A program made the translations under genes and the position numbers. 64,000 nt of DNA from Macrostomum hystrix (Eukaryota > Animalia > Platyhelminthes). The stretch covers positions 2,046,001-2,110,000 of the forward strand of contig CATNEN010000014.1 in NCBI GenBank assembly GCA_950097015.1, given 5' to 3'. Of this stretch, positions 33,632-46,695 are shown one piece after another (positions within the stretch are counted from its first letter, which is position 1; every line of letters begins with the position of its first letter). The notes under the pieces were generated by a model. The model made no database searches. It saw only the letters and a list, made by a program, of their open reading frames with translations, and had not been told where the DNA came from.

Positions 33632-36174
33632 CCCACTGGAAAATGTACTAGGGGACCCTTAGGGGAACTGAAGGGGCATCGGGGTTTGGTTGGGGCGAGG
33701 TTGAAAGGCAAAGATTGTTTATTTTTTGCATAAAAGTAAATTCCTTGAGGCATATTTCAACTTTTCTACTTTTTAAAGTGTTTAAGCATATTTGGGTCAG
33801 AGGGGGTTTTGATGGGGTTTTCCCCTATGAACTCAGCTTTTGGGGCTGTCCCCTAAAAGCCCCTTAGCCTTTAATCGTTATAACAAAGTTTGAAAGTTTT
33901 TTTGAGTTTGAATATTTCAAGCGAGTTGCCTAACAAATGCTTGTTTATTTTACTCTTTATTGTTTCAAAAATGAATAATTTGTATAGTGCAAGATTTTTA
34001 TTTTAAATGTAGTTAACCCTGCACGTAGCGTCTAGATGCACAAAACACGAAAGTTATCTTTTTATCGCAGAACTTTTAATTTAATGATATGTAGCTATCT
34101 GTCTGTATGATATCGATTCTTGTACGAGAGACAGAGTCAGGGCACTCTGAAATAAAAAAGGATGTGTAAAGCCCAGAGATAGGCTAGCCTAAATATAAGT
34201 TTATTAATCAGGTATTGCCATTTAGACTGGCTAACAAGCATTCATTCGATCATATATAGGCCCTATATTGGGTCAATTATAGTAGACCTAGTCCTGAACA
34301 ATGCTCTTCAATATAACTGAGGCAGTAATTGTTTGATTACATTTTTTGTTATATGCCTGTGCCTAGGTAGGCCTACTTTACCTATTATTTTCTATAGTAG
34401 TTAGCATGGCTAGGCCCTAGCAAGGTCATATTACATTAACTTCCATACCATAGTTGTAAGACTTTTAGAATTTGTTATTTGACCTTTATCAATACCAAAT
34501 GTGGAGCTTGTTGTTAGCTAACATATTTATGTCTGTTTGTTTATACTATCGGGCATATTGATATAAGTAGCTAGAACTTATGTTTAAGATTCTATTTGAA
34601 GAATAATCTTATTTAGTCCTAAATGTTTTTTATATATTCTTAAAGTAATAATGCTAAGAGTAAGACTTATTAAAAAATGTTTTGCTGTCTCTAGAATAAG
34701 CATAGGCAAGTTTAGTTAATATTCCTCAAACAAATTTTATGGGGCTTACCAAGTTTTTAAACAATGAAATATATTAATTATTTGTTTGTATTCATTTAAC
34801 TATGGTTTTATTCTCTAGGTAGATTGTTAAACTAGCAAAATTGCTTCTAAAAGTGTAGAAAAATTGGTCTTATGGATATAATAGGCCTATCGAGATTTTA
34901 TTTAGCAATTTCTTTTTACAGTTTTACTTTTAGCAATTAATACAAAAATGTTTAAAGTATAATTCTAATTTCATACCTTTTAATTTAGATGAGTATGAGG
35001 GTTACATTTAATTTTATACTTAGCTAGGCCTATGATAGCTTGATTTAACATAATTATATATTTTACATTGCATTATAATTATTGCATTTTATATATTAGG
35101 CACTAGTGCAACTAGAAGAGGGGATAGCTGAGAGAATTCAATCGAAAAGGTAGCGATGGAAAAAAGAAATTTTCGGGCCCGTTAGAAGACATTGTAACTG
35201 CAGCGGTGCGAAAAAAAACTTCCCCTCTGCAACAGACCGCGAAATTACTGACTGCATAGCAAAGACTCTGCATAATTCTCGTGACCCCGGTTCTGATTCC
35301 AGACGAATTCTGTCCTATCATCAAAGGGCAGGATATTATGCTGGCACTGCTTCCGTTGCTGCAACGCCTTCCGAGGCGGATCATTCTGGTCCTTCTGCAA
35401 AGCGCCGCAGGGCACGTTCGGCTGCAGGTTGTCAACACAAACAAGGCAGACATGTGGCGATTGTTAGCGATAGCGACAGTGAAAACTAATATACCGACGA
35501 TGAAGTCCATACACTCTGCTTTTGCGACTTTTTCAAAAACGTTATCACTGTGAAGGGGAATTTTTTATATTTAATTTTTTCATACAAATGTGAGTCATTT
35601 TGTCAAACTGGAGAAATTGTGTTTAAATTCAGGGTAATTTTGGTCGAATCTGGGGTAATGTTGGTCAAACCTGATTTATTTTGTTCAGATTCGGGGGGTA
35701 ATGTTGGTCAAACCTGATTTATTTTGTTCAAATAATGGGGTAATTTTGATCAAATGCGGTTTGTTTTGGTCAAACTAAAGTTTAATTCAATTCCATCAAT
35801 GAAAATATACTCGTAAAATTTAATCTGTCGTATTTATTTACACTTCGGAAAAGGAAAAATATAAATGCAATGAAGTCTCGAAATGTGCAGCTTTGACTTT
35901 GACTGCTTCATTTGACTGCTGATTAGAAATCATTCTCTAACTTCTAATTTCTAAAATCTTCCGCTGATACAGAGTACAAATATATTGCAAAAATCTGCTA
36001 GGGGTTAGCCCCTATAAGCTACATTTTACTAGGGTCTGAGAAGGGGATTACCCTTAACCAACCCCTAGTTGCCCCTAGGGGTCCCCTGCCGAACCTGCTC
36101 TCATTCCCCTAGTCATCCCCTATCGTTCCCCGAGGTGTAACCCCGAGGGGTCCCCTAGTGTTTTTGCCAGTGGG
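33632..36174. mobile_element. Non-autonomous TIR DNA transposon, CMC/EnSpm-like
   Basis: 27-bp TIRs CCCACTGG.......ACTAGGGGACCC (23/27 identical), flanked by TA on both sides, with many AGGGG/CCCCT subterminal motifs at both ends. The superfamily assignment is inference. Confidence 0.7.
35127..35489 (+). pseudogene. BEN/DUF4806-like coding remnant inside the TIR element
   Basis: ATG-less open frame LREFNRKGSDGKK...KKNFPSATDREITDCIAKTLHNSRD. Shifting frame between two A-runs gives KKKFSGPLEDIVTAAVRK, which resembles the C-terminal half of BEN domains. An in-frame TAG lies immediately upstream. Confidence 0.45.
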
Positions 36175-36213
36175 TAAAAATATAGTAAATTGCCAATTTA
36201 GCCTATAATATTT

Positions 36214-36537
36214 AGTTTATAGACTGTCGCCCCTGCAGTTTGTAGACTGTCGCCCCTGCAGTTTGTAGACTGTCGCTCCTGCAGTTTATAGACTGTCGCC
36301 CCTGCAGTTTATAGACTGTCGCCCCTGCAGTTTATAGACTGTCGCCCCTGCAGTTTGTAGACTGTCGCCCCTGCAGTTTGTAGACTGTCGCTCCTGCAGT
36401 TTATAGACTGTCGCCCCTGCAGTTTATAGACTGTCGCCCCTGCAGTTTATAGACTGTCGCCCCTGCAGTTTGTAGACTGTCGCCCCTGCAGTTTATAGAC
36501 TGTCGCCCCTGCAGTTTATAGGCTGTCGCTCCTGCAA
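36214..36537. repeat. 23-bp minisatellite, ~14 units, intergenic
   Basis: Unit GTTTATAGACTGTCGCCCCTGCA, starting ~40 bp outside the right TIR. Confidence 0.95.
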
Positions 36538-38835
36538 TTTTTATTCGGAGTCTATTTTGTTTTTTTCTTTAGATTAGGATTCCAAACTTCCAGCATCATT
36601 ATACCTTACAATGCATAACAAAAGTAAATTAAAGTTAAAAATTATCAAAGCACGTTTCTTCGATACTACTTCGACTAAGGCGAAGGAAATTATGGACTGA
36701 GGTTTGAGTGGTTTTGAGTATGGCTGCACAGGCGCTGGCCGGACGCGTAGTACTATAGACAGGACGCCGCCACAGGACCAAGTAATTTGTATTTTTCGTT
36801 GTTCTAACTAACTGATAAATGCAGAAAAAATAGGTTTGCTGGAATAGGCTCTGAAGCAGATCAGTTTTTAAATAAAAGTTCAAGCATATTTCGGACGGAT
36901 GGATTACATGGCGTACAATTGGAAGATGTTCCATCGTACAAGATGGAACTTAAAAGCATGTATTCCTTGAATTTCCCAACTTATTCTAAAGATTATCCAG
37001 GCGCAACAATCTCATAACTACGCTACTCTAAAAAAGACACAGAATTGGCTAAGCATAGGATTTGTCTTTGATTCCTTTGTTTTAATTCAAAAAATTAAAT
37101 CTCGAGTCCTGAACTCAAATTCAAATTCAATTAGTCCTGAGACTTTTTTTTACAGTTTAATAAAACAATGATTGACTTCTTCAGCTCAGCTAGGCCTGCT
37201 ATAGTGTGAACCAGTATTTAAACAATCTAATTATTAATGCTAGCTAAGTTGCTACTACTGATTTATTATTTATTAAACATAACATTCAATGTTTCAATAA
37301 AAATAATGTGTAGAGTTTCATTTAATATTATGCACGATATTTGTCTGTAATCTGTGAGCCAGTCAATTTACATAGATTTGCTGTGCTGCCCTTTACTCCA
37401 CGAGCTGAACCAAAAGCACAAAGCAATGCGCTGATATCTTTAATAAATATATTATTTAAAAAATGTACCCGTGCTGTGACTTAATATATTTAATAAAGAT
37501 GGTTGTCACAAAAGTGACCTATTTTACAAAATGGATTTCATCAAAATATTTGTTGCTGAAATGAACTCTTAGACTATCTATTTTAACCATGTGCCATATA
37601 CTGTTCAGTTTGTTGAATTTTTTCTTTATTTTTAAATAAATAAAAAACACCTTGATTTCTTGACTTGAAACAACTTGAACAATAGCTAGGCCCTAACTTG
37701 AAATAGGACCAACAAAATATTTTTCAGTTTTTAGTAACATTAGGGTTTTGAATATTGAGTAATTTGCACAAATAATGCTTGGCTGCATTTTCCTATTTTG
37801 CCAAACCCAAAGTTATACTTTTATTATCATAACATCATTTTTGCCACTTGATATTGAGAAATATTGAGAATTTAGAAAAAATTAACTTGAGCAAAGATAC
37901 TGACACTAATTAAAATTCTCAGCAAGAAAATGCTCATTTGTACTAACTATTTTAAACTAAGTATAAATTTTGAGTAGCCTAATTTCTTATATCCTCAGAT
38001 TGAGAAGCATGACCTTTCAAATATGTACTATAATTCTCATCCTAGATTTTTACTTGGTGTTATCTAGAATAAGTTGAAGGTCTGACTGATTGCCTACTGG
38101 AAAGTAAATATTATGTATGTATGTGTAGCTATACAACAAGAAAGAAAAGCTAATGTTATACCTAAATGCTGGACAGCCACAATGTTAATGGTATAGAACA
38201 TAAAATTATGCTTTTTATCTCTTTTTTTCTATATTGTTAATACTGTTATACATATATATTCCACCTGACGCTAACACTGATAAGCAAGCTATCTTACAAA
38301 AATATAAGTTTTTGTCAATTTTTGCCTTTCATTGTGTCAATCAGATTTTATATTTGTTTTTGAGCTAATAATTATAAAATATATACTTTTACATAAAAAT
38401 TTAAATGTTATATCTATATTAATATATATAAAAGTGCATACCATACTATTAAGTGTATCTTCAATTGTCAAAATTTTTTGCTCATTGGGTAAGGCTTTTT
38501 ACTGTGCACTTAGCCCCTCTTAGTGTGAATTAAGCAAAGCTAATGCTTTCAAGTTGACACACATCAATAATGATAATCTAGTAAGACAGTAATTTCTTAT
38601 CTGTGTTTGCACTATTTTTGTTTTAAAACAGTGATACACTTTAGTTGCAAGCCAAGCTAGCCTAGCCAGTTAAGACATGACTAAACCATAAACAACATTG
38701 GTTAAGCACAGTTTTTAACTACTGATAAGCTGTTTTATGACTGGCTTTTGATTGCTTTATATTAAAAGTTTTCTGTATTGTCTAGACAATTTCAATTATT
38801 TAATCTCCGCAGTGCATTCACTACATTTATCCTCT

Positions 38836-40143
38836 TAGTTATCTCCATGACTGTCACTCCATAATGGCACTCCCTCATCTCCATGACTGTCACTCCATAA
38901 TGGCACTCCCTCATCTCCATGTCTGTCACTCCAGAATGTCACTCCCCCATCTCCATAACTGTCACTCCAAAATGGCACTCCCTCATCTCCATGACTGTCA
39001 CTCCAAAATGACACTCCCTCATCTCCATGTCTGTCACTCCAGAATGTCACTCCCCCATCTCCATAACTGTCACTCCAAAATGACACTCCCTCATCTCCAT
39101 GACTGTCACTCCAAAATGACACTCCCTCATCTCCATAACTGTCACTCCAAAATGACACTCCCTCATCTCCATGACTGTCACTCCAAAATGACACTCCCTC
39201 ATCTCCATGACTGTCACTCCAAAATGACACTCCCTCATCTCCATAACTATCACTCCAAAATGACACTCCCTCATCTCCATAACTGTCACTCCAAAATGAC
39301 ACTCCCCATCTCCATAACTATCACTCCAAAATGACACTCCCTCATCTCCATGACTGTCACTCCAAAATGTCACTCCCCATCTCCATAACTGTCACTCCAG
39401 AATGTCACTCCCGATCTCCATGACTGTCACTCCAAAATGACACTCCCTCATCTCCATAACTGTCACTCCAAAATGACACTCCCTCATCTCCATGACTGTC
39501 ACTCCAAAATGACACTCCCTCATCTCCATGACTGTCACTCCAAAATGACACTCCCCATCTCCATAACTATCACTCCAAAATGACACTCCCTCATCTCCAT
39601 GACTGTCACTCCAAAATGACACTCCCCATCTCCATAACTATCACTCCAAAATGACACTCCCTCATCTCCATGTCTGTCACTCCAAAATGTCACTCCCCAT
39701 CTCCATAACTATCACTCCAAAATGACACTCCCTCATCTCCATGACTGTCACTCCAAAATGACACTCCCTCATCTCCATGACTGTTACTCCAAAATGACAC
39801 TCCCCATCTCCATAACTATCACTCCAAAATGACACTCCCTCATCTCCATGTCTGTCACTCCAAAATGTCACTCCCCATCTCCATAACTGTCACTCCAGAA
39901 TGACACTCCCCATCTCCATAACTGTCACTCCAGAATGTCACTCCCCATCTCCATAACTGTCACTCCAGAATGTCACTCCCCATCTCCATAACTGTCACTC
40001 CAGAATGACACTCCCCATCTCCATAACTGTCACTCCAGAATGTCACTCCTGATCTCCATAACTGTCACTCCAGAATGTCACTCCTGATCTCCATAACTGT
40101 CACTCCAGAATGTCACTCCCGATCTCCATAACTGTCACTCCAG
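38836..40143. repeat. 36-bp minisatellite, ~36 units, upstream of HR96-like gene
   Basis: Unit CATCTCCATGACTGTCACTCCAAAATGACACTCCCT. Confidence 0.96.
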
Positions 40144-40886
40144 CATCGCATTCTCAGCTAGTCAGTTTCTGTATTCCTTCTCGTTGAGTTGTGTCAGCCA
40201 GCCGTCTGTGAAACATTCCATTCAATTTTCAGTGGACAGCATTTTGATTACCCATGTCAGTCTCTGAGCCGCTTTTCAGGCGTGACTTTATAGTGTGCTC
40301 AGGCATTCAGCTCTGAACTGATCCATATGTATGGGGTGCAGATTGACCTTTAAGTTGGGGCTAAGCTCTAAGGCAAGTTGAGCCGTTCTCCAAGCATATC
40401 AACAATTGGCCCAGGTGTCAGTGCGAATAACAATCGGTCTGAACTTTATCTGCTTCTTTGGTTTTACCGAGACTCTCTGAAATTGAGGTTTTTGTCAGAT
40501 AAGCGACCAGTCTAAAATAGCCTGCCGTGCCTTTATATTGGCCGCGCCTTGTCAGTTTGAAGCCTTTCATTGATTGCACTTTTAGCTGAGCTTAATAGCC
40601 GACCTTTTAGCTGACGTAGTGTCTGCGTATTCAATATTTAAATATTTGCTCTCTCTCCACGCAATTTCTGAACACACCTACTGACCTACTTCCGCTGCGA
40701 GTAGTATTGCTAGTGAATCAGAGCTGAACTGGTATTTTAAACGTGTCTAAACACACCTACTGACCTACTTCCGCTGCCAGTAGTATTGCTAGTGAATCAA
40801 AGCTGAACTCGTAAACTCACTTCCAGCTTACTTTTTGCCGCCACCGCGGCATTCGAACCGGTTTTAATCACTATTGAACGGAAAAG

Positions 40887-43199
40887 ATGCAGCAGTCGCA
40901 GCCAAATGCAGACGATTACGACCCTCTGTTCAGCATCGACTTGCTAAATGTCGACTTGTTAGAGGGCACCCAGCTGCAGCAGCACATGCCTCTTCCACAG
41001 GAGCAGCCGCTGCGGCAGTCATTCCCCTCGACCTCTTATCCGGAGTCCTCTGACTACAGCTTCGTGGCTAGCCTGTCCCCTCTGTCCAGCTGTTCCTCTG
41101 GCCTAAGTCCGCACTCAGCCGGCTACATGCACCTGCAGCAGCAGCAGCAGCCCATGCCCCTGTTTCTAGAGGAGCAGCCGGACTTCCTTCTGCAAACCGA
41201 TCTCACCACCCCACCTCCCCTAGAGCAGCAACAGCAGCAGCAGAGCTTGCCGGCGCCGCAAGTAAGCCTTGAGTCCTCTTATCCTGCCGGCGCTTTGAAG
41301 GCTGAACCAAGCGACGATGGCACGGCCTCCACTTCTCCTGCCGCCTCAGCTGCTCAAAGAGGCGCCGCCGCAAGCGGTCAGCGCCACTCCAGGGAGGACA
41401 AGATCTGCGGCGTCTGTGGCGACAAGGCGCTTGGCTTTAACTTCGATGCTGTCAGTTGCGAATCCTGCAAGGCTTTCTTCAGGCGCAACGCTGTCAAAGG
41501 AGTTGTGAGTCCATCGAGTGAGAAGTCAATCTGCTCAGATCCTCATAGTGAGCAGTCAATCTGCTCAGATCCTCATAGTGAGCAGTCAATCTGCTCAGAT
41601 CCTCATAGTGAGCAGTCAATCTGCTCAGATCCTCATAGTGAGCAGTCAATCTGCTCAGATCCTCATAGTGAGCAGTCAATCTGCTCAGATCCTCATAGTG
41701 AGCAGTCAATCTGCTCAGATCCTCATAGTGAGCAGTCAATCTGCTCAGATCCTCATAGTGAGCAGTCAATCTGCTCAGATCCTCATAGTTGTTTCCCAGT
41801 GCAACGCTGCCGCCTGTCCCACAGGAGGGCTTCAAGTGCCCGTACAGCGGCGCCTGCGCCATCGACGTGTCCAACAGGCGCTTCTGCAAGCGTTGCCGGC
41901 TGGCCAAGTGCTTCGACATCGGCATGAAGCGAGAGTACATCCTCACCGAGGAGGAGAAGGCGGAGAAGCGCAAAAAGATTGACCAGAACAAGTAAGCGAC
42001 TGCTCATTGTGAGCTGCTCTTCCCTTGCCTTCTTGCTGCCCTCTCACGCTTCACCGCCCCACCACCCGCAGGCTTATCCGCACCCTGGAGGCCATGGAGC
42101 TGCTGCCCAAAGACCTGGCCCCGGCTGAGCTGGCCGAACGGGAGCTGCTCACCGAGGCCGAGCTGCAGGATGTCAAGTTCCTCCTTGACGCCTACAGCAG
42201 CTCCGAGGTGGTCAAGCTGCCAGAGCGGCAGGGCCAGCGCGCCGTCAGTTTCGACGATCTAATCAACTTCGCCGAGCTGTCTGTTGTTCGCGTCATCGAG
42301 CTGTGCAAGAAGCTGCCGGATTTCCTCCGACTCAGCCAGCCAGACCGGGTCTCGCTGATGAAGGGCGGCGCCGTGGAGCTCATCCTGCTGCGCGGCGTCA
42401 TCAGCTTCGATCCGGAGCGGGCGAGGTTCCTTGACTCCGGCGATGAGGATTCCGCTGAACAGGTGACCACAACTGCCCCAGATTTCACGAACCCTCAGAT
42501 TGAGTCGTCTTGTTGTTTTAGTCATGCTCCAAGATGCTCAGTTTGAGTAGTCATGCTCCAATATGCTCAGTTTGAGCAGTCATGCTCCAAGATGCTCAGT
42601 TTGAGCAGTCATGCTCCAAGATGCTCAGTTTGAGCAGTCATGCTCCAAGATGCTCAGTTTGAGCAGTCATGCTCCAAGATGCTCAGTTTGAGCAGTCATG
42701 CTCCAAGATGCTCAGTTTGAGCAGTCATGCGGCTTGACTCCCTTATGCTTCGCAATTTACAATCTCGCAGGACTCAATGGAGGGCGGCGATTTCCTTAAG
42801 GCGGCCGGGTCCAGTGGCTACGCCCTGCTGCAGCTGGCCCGCAGCCTCCGCGTGAACCTGCAGTGCGACCGGGCCAGCCTCGTCCTGCTGCTGGTCGTCT
42901 GTCTGTTCAGCGCCGACCGGCCCGGCCTGTCGCCCGAGGGCCGCGACCTGGCGGAGGAGGCGCAGATCCGCTACTCGCTGCTGCTGGACCGCCTGCTACG
43001 AACCCGCCTGCCCGGCAGGGAGGCGCGTAAGATTTATCCCCAGCTGCTCAGCCAGCTGGCCGAGCTGCGCGGCCTGGAAAAGGACTTCAGCGACTTGACG
43101 GCCCTGTCCGATCCGCGGGTCATCCGGCCGCTGATGGCGGAGCTGCTGGACATGCAGGAGGGCCGAGACTCGCGCAAGTCCGGCCAGCGCTGGGAGTGA
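40887..43199 (+). CDS. HR96: Nuclear hormone receptor of the NR1J (HR96/DAF-12/NHR-8) group, ~534 aa
   Basis: Exons 40887-41504, 41825-41991, 42072-42462, 42771-43199 sum to 1605 nt. [32 protein letters not shown] (ESCKA P-box typical of NR1J) and second finger [28 protein letters not shown] signature [20 protein letters not shown] and AF-2-like PLMAELLD. Confidence 0.88.
41516..41789. repeat. 30-bp minisatellite, ~9 units, NR intron 1
   Basis: Unit GTGAGCAGTCAATCTGCTCAGATCCTCATA. It interrupts the DBD between the two zinc fingers. Confidence 0.96.
42520..42730. repeat. 29-bp minisatellite, ~7 units, NR intron 3
   Basis: Unit GCAGTCATGCTCCAAGATGCTCAGTTTGA. Confidence 0.95.
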
Positions 43200-43434
43200 A
43201 CGGACCCTCGCTGGACACAACTCCAGATCCCAATTAATGCTTGATTAGACATGACTCGATACTTTGAGTACTATTTCAGAGGTGAGTGAATTTCCGGCCG
43301 GCTTATAAAGCTCCAGAATCTTCATTCCAGGAATTTAGCTGCGTTGCGAAGATTTCAGGGCCGAGTTCTCGAATTGAACTCGAGATTAACTAATCCCATA
43401 GATTTATGATTTAATATCTCTGAGGTTTAGATAA

Positions 43435-45295
43435 AAGATCTCTGAGATTTAGGATTAGAGATCTCTGAGATTTAGGATTAGAGATCTGAGATTTAGGATT
43501 ATAGATCTCTGAGATTTAGGATTACAGATCTCTTAGATTTAGGATTAGAGATCTCTGAGATTTAGGATTAGAGATCTGAGATTTAGGATTATAGATCTCT
43601 GAGATTTAGGATTAGAGATCTCTGAGATTTAGGATTAGAGATCTCTGAGATTTAGGATTAGAGATCTCTGAGATTTAGAATTAAAGATCTCTGAGATTTA
43701 GGATTATAGATCTCTGAGATTTATGATTAGAGATCTCTGAGATTTAGGATTAGAGATCTCTGAGATTTAGAATTAAAGATCTCTGAGATTTAGGATTAGA
43801 GATCTCTGAGATTTAGAATTAAAGATCTCTGAGATTTAGAATTAGAGATCTCTGAGATTTATGATTAGAGATCTCTGAGATTTATGATTAGAGATCTCTG
43901 AGATTTAGGATTAAAGATCTCTGAGATTTAGAATTAGAGATCTCTGAGATTTATGATTAGAGATCTCTGAGATTTAGGATTAAAGATCTCTGAGATTTAG
44001 AATTAGAGATCTCTGAGATTTAGGATTAGAGATCTCTGAGATTTAGTATTAAAGATCCTGAGATTAAGGATTAAAGATCTCTGAGATTTAGGATTAAAGA
44101 TCTTTGAGATTTAGGATTAAAGATCCTGAAATTCAGGAATAAAGGTCTCTTGAGATTTAGGATTAAATATCCAGTGATATAGGATTAGAGATCTCTGAGA
44201 TTTAGGATTAAAGATCTTTGAGATTTAGGATTATAGATCTTTGAGATTTAGGATTAGAGATCTTTGAGATTTAGGATTAGAGATCTCTGAGATTTAGGAT
44301 TATAGATCTCTGAGATTAAGGATTAAAGATCTTTGAGATTTAGGATTAGAGATCTCTGAGATTTAGGATTATAGAAGATCTTTGAGATTTAGGATTAAAG
44401 ATCTTTGAGATTTAGGATTATAGATCTTTGAGATTTAGGATTAGAGATCTTTGAGATTTAGGATTATAGAAGATCTCTGAGATTTAGGATTAGAGATCTC
44501 TGAGATTTAGGATTATAGATCTCTGAGATTAAGGATTAAAGATCTTTGAGATTTAGGATTAGAGATCTCTGAGATTTAGGATTATAGAAGATCTCTGAGA
44601 TTTAGGATTAAAGATCTTTGAGATTTAGGATTAAAGATCTCTGAGATTTAGGATTATAGATCTTTGAGATTTAGGATTATAGATCTTTGAGATTTAGGAT
44701 TAAAGATCTTTGAGATTTAGGATTAGAGATCTCTGAGATTTAGTATTAAAGATCCTGAGATTTAGGATTAAAGATCCTGAGATTAAGGATTAAAGATCTC
44801 TGAGATTTAGGATTAAAGATCTTTGAGATTTAGGATTAAAGATCCTGAAATTCAGGAATAAAGGTCTCTTGAGATTTAGGATTAAATATCCAGTGATATA
44901 GGATTAGAGATCTCTGAGATTTAGGATTAAAGATCTTTGAGATTTAGGATTATAGATCTTTGAGATTTAGGATTAGAGATCTTTGAGATTTAGGATTAGA
45001 GATCTCTGAGATTTAGGATTATAGATCTCTGAGATTAAGGATTAAAGATCTTTGAGATTTAGGATTAGAGATCTCTGAGATTAAGGATTATAGAAGATCT
45101 CTGAGATTTAGGATTAAAGATCTCTGAGATTTAGGATTATAGATCTTTGAGATTTAGGATTAAAGATCTTTGAGATTTAGGATTATAGATCTTTGAGATT
45201 TAGGATTAAAGATCTTTGAGATTTAGGATTATAGATCTTTGAGATTTAGGATTAAAGATCTTTGAGATTTAGGATTAAAGATCCTGAGATTCGGG
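43435..45295. repeat. ~23-bp minisatellite, ~80 units
   Basis: Unit GAGATTTAGGATTAGAGATCTCT with variants. Confidence 0.96.
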
Positions 45296-45934
45296 ATTCT
45301 ATATTATTTTTTTGTTGTATTTTGGCAGTATTTCCTGTGGCTTCGAATTATGTAATATGTTTGGCCATCAGTTTTTATTCATATCTTCTTATTTTATAGT
45401 TGCTGGCGAGTTAGCAATAGCTGTACTCTGTCGCTTTGTTCCCCCTTTCGCTTTGTGGTTTTATCAAAATGCGCCTCTCTGTTTCACATTCGTGTCTGGG
45501 CTTGCGTCATCTTTCGCTTTATTATTATTTTCTTATACATTTCGCAGAAATTTTGCGAACACAAATGTGCGCCATGTCCGCTAGATACTACTGCCGCTGC
45601 TTTTTATGTGCCGATTAGAGCCTTGCGACCTGTTATGATTATTACTCACCGCAATTCTTAACATTTCGGACCGGTCAAATGCTCTAAGACCCTATCTGCC
45701 TGTCATTTTTTAGTTATTTCTGCTGAAGTTTTACGGCGCCACCTTCGTTGCCAAAGTGTCGCTGTCGACTCGCTCGCAGCCCCCGTCGTGTTAAGTAGAT
45801 TTTTGTTATACTACGTTTTCCTAGAATCAAACCTTTCTATTTATTTTTTTCTCTATAACTCGACTATCACGCTTCTTGTAAAAAGACTGAATCGTGATGA
45901 CTTAGCGATCAGTCACTGGCTGACTCTATACGGT

Positions 45935-46200
45935 CATTCAGTAGTTGATACGGTCATTCAGTTGTTCATATGGTCATTCAGTAGCTCATACGGTCATTCA
46001 GTTGTTCATATGGTCATTCAGTAGTTCGTATGGTCATTCAGTAGCTCATACGGTCATTCAGTAGCTCATACGGTCATTCAGTAGCTCATACGGTCATTCA
46101 GTTGTTCGTACGGTAATTTAGTAGTTCTTACGGTCATTCAGTAGTTCATATGGTCATTCAGTGGTTCATACGATATTTGGTAGTTCGAACGGTCATTCAA
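45935..46200. repeat. 20-bp minisatellite, ~13 units
   Basis: Unit CGGTCATTCAGTAGCTCATA, degenerate. Confidence 0.9.
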
Positions 46201-46695
46201 CAGACTATAAAGTCACTCAGTAGTGTGCAATATGCGAGTTATAAAGGCCAGACAGTCATTAATTCTGCCTTCTATTTTTGTACCCATTGTGGTGGTCAAT
46301 TCGGATAGTTTTAAAGGTTTCTGAGCTAGATTGGCAGAATTCTAATGCGTTTTTAATTATACTTTATGATTATTTATGCATTCTGGGGATTTCGCATCGA
46401 CTTGCCGCCCGCTTATTCGTTAATTGCCGCTTTGGTCTGTTTTTCGTATTCGCGCGCTCTTTTTATCCTCTTGCGACATTTTGCTCCCAGTGCTTATGCT
46501 TGTCAGCGCTCTTGTTAACTCTCTTCCTCTTTGTAATTCCTTTTACTTTTTTCCGGTTTTTTCCTACCCTGTCCTTGCTGTAAGCGCCGCTATTAATCAA
46601 TTTTTCGTATTTTTGTCATTTTTCTTTGTTGTAACCATAGAGAGCCGCTTGTTGGGACTTGACTATCTGACAATGGCTGTAACTGGGGGGATCAG

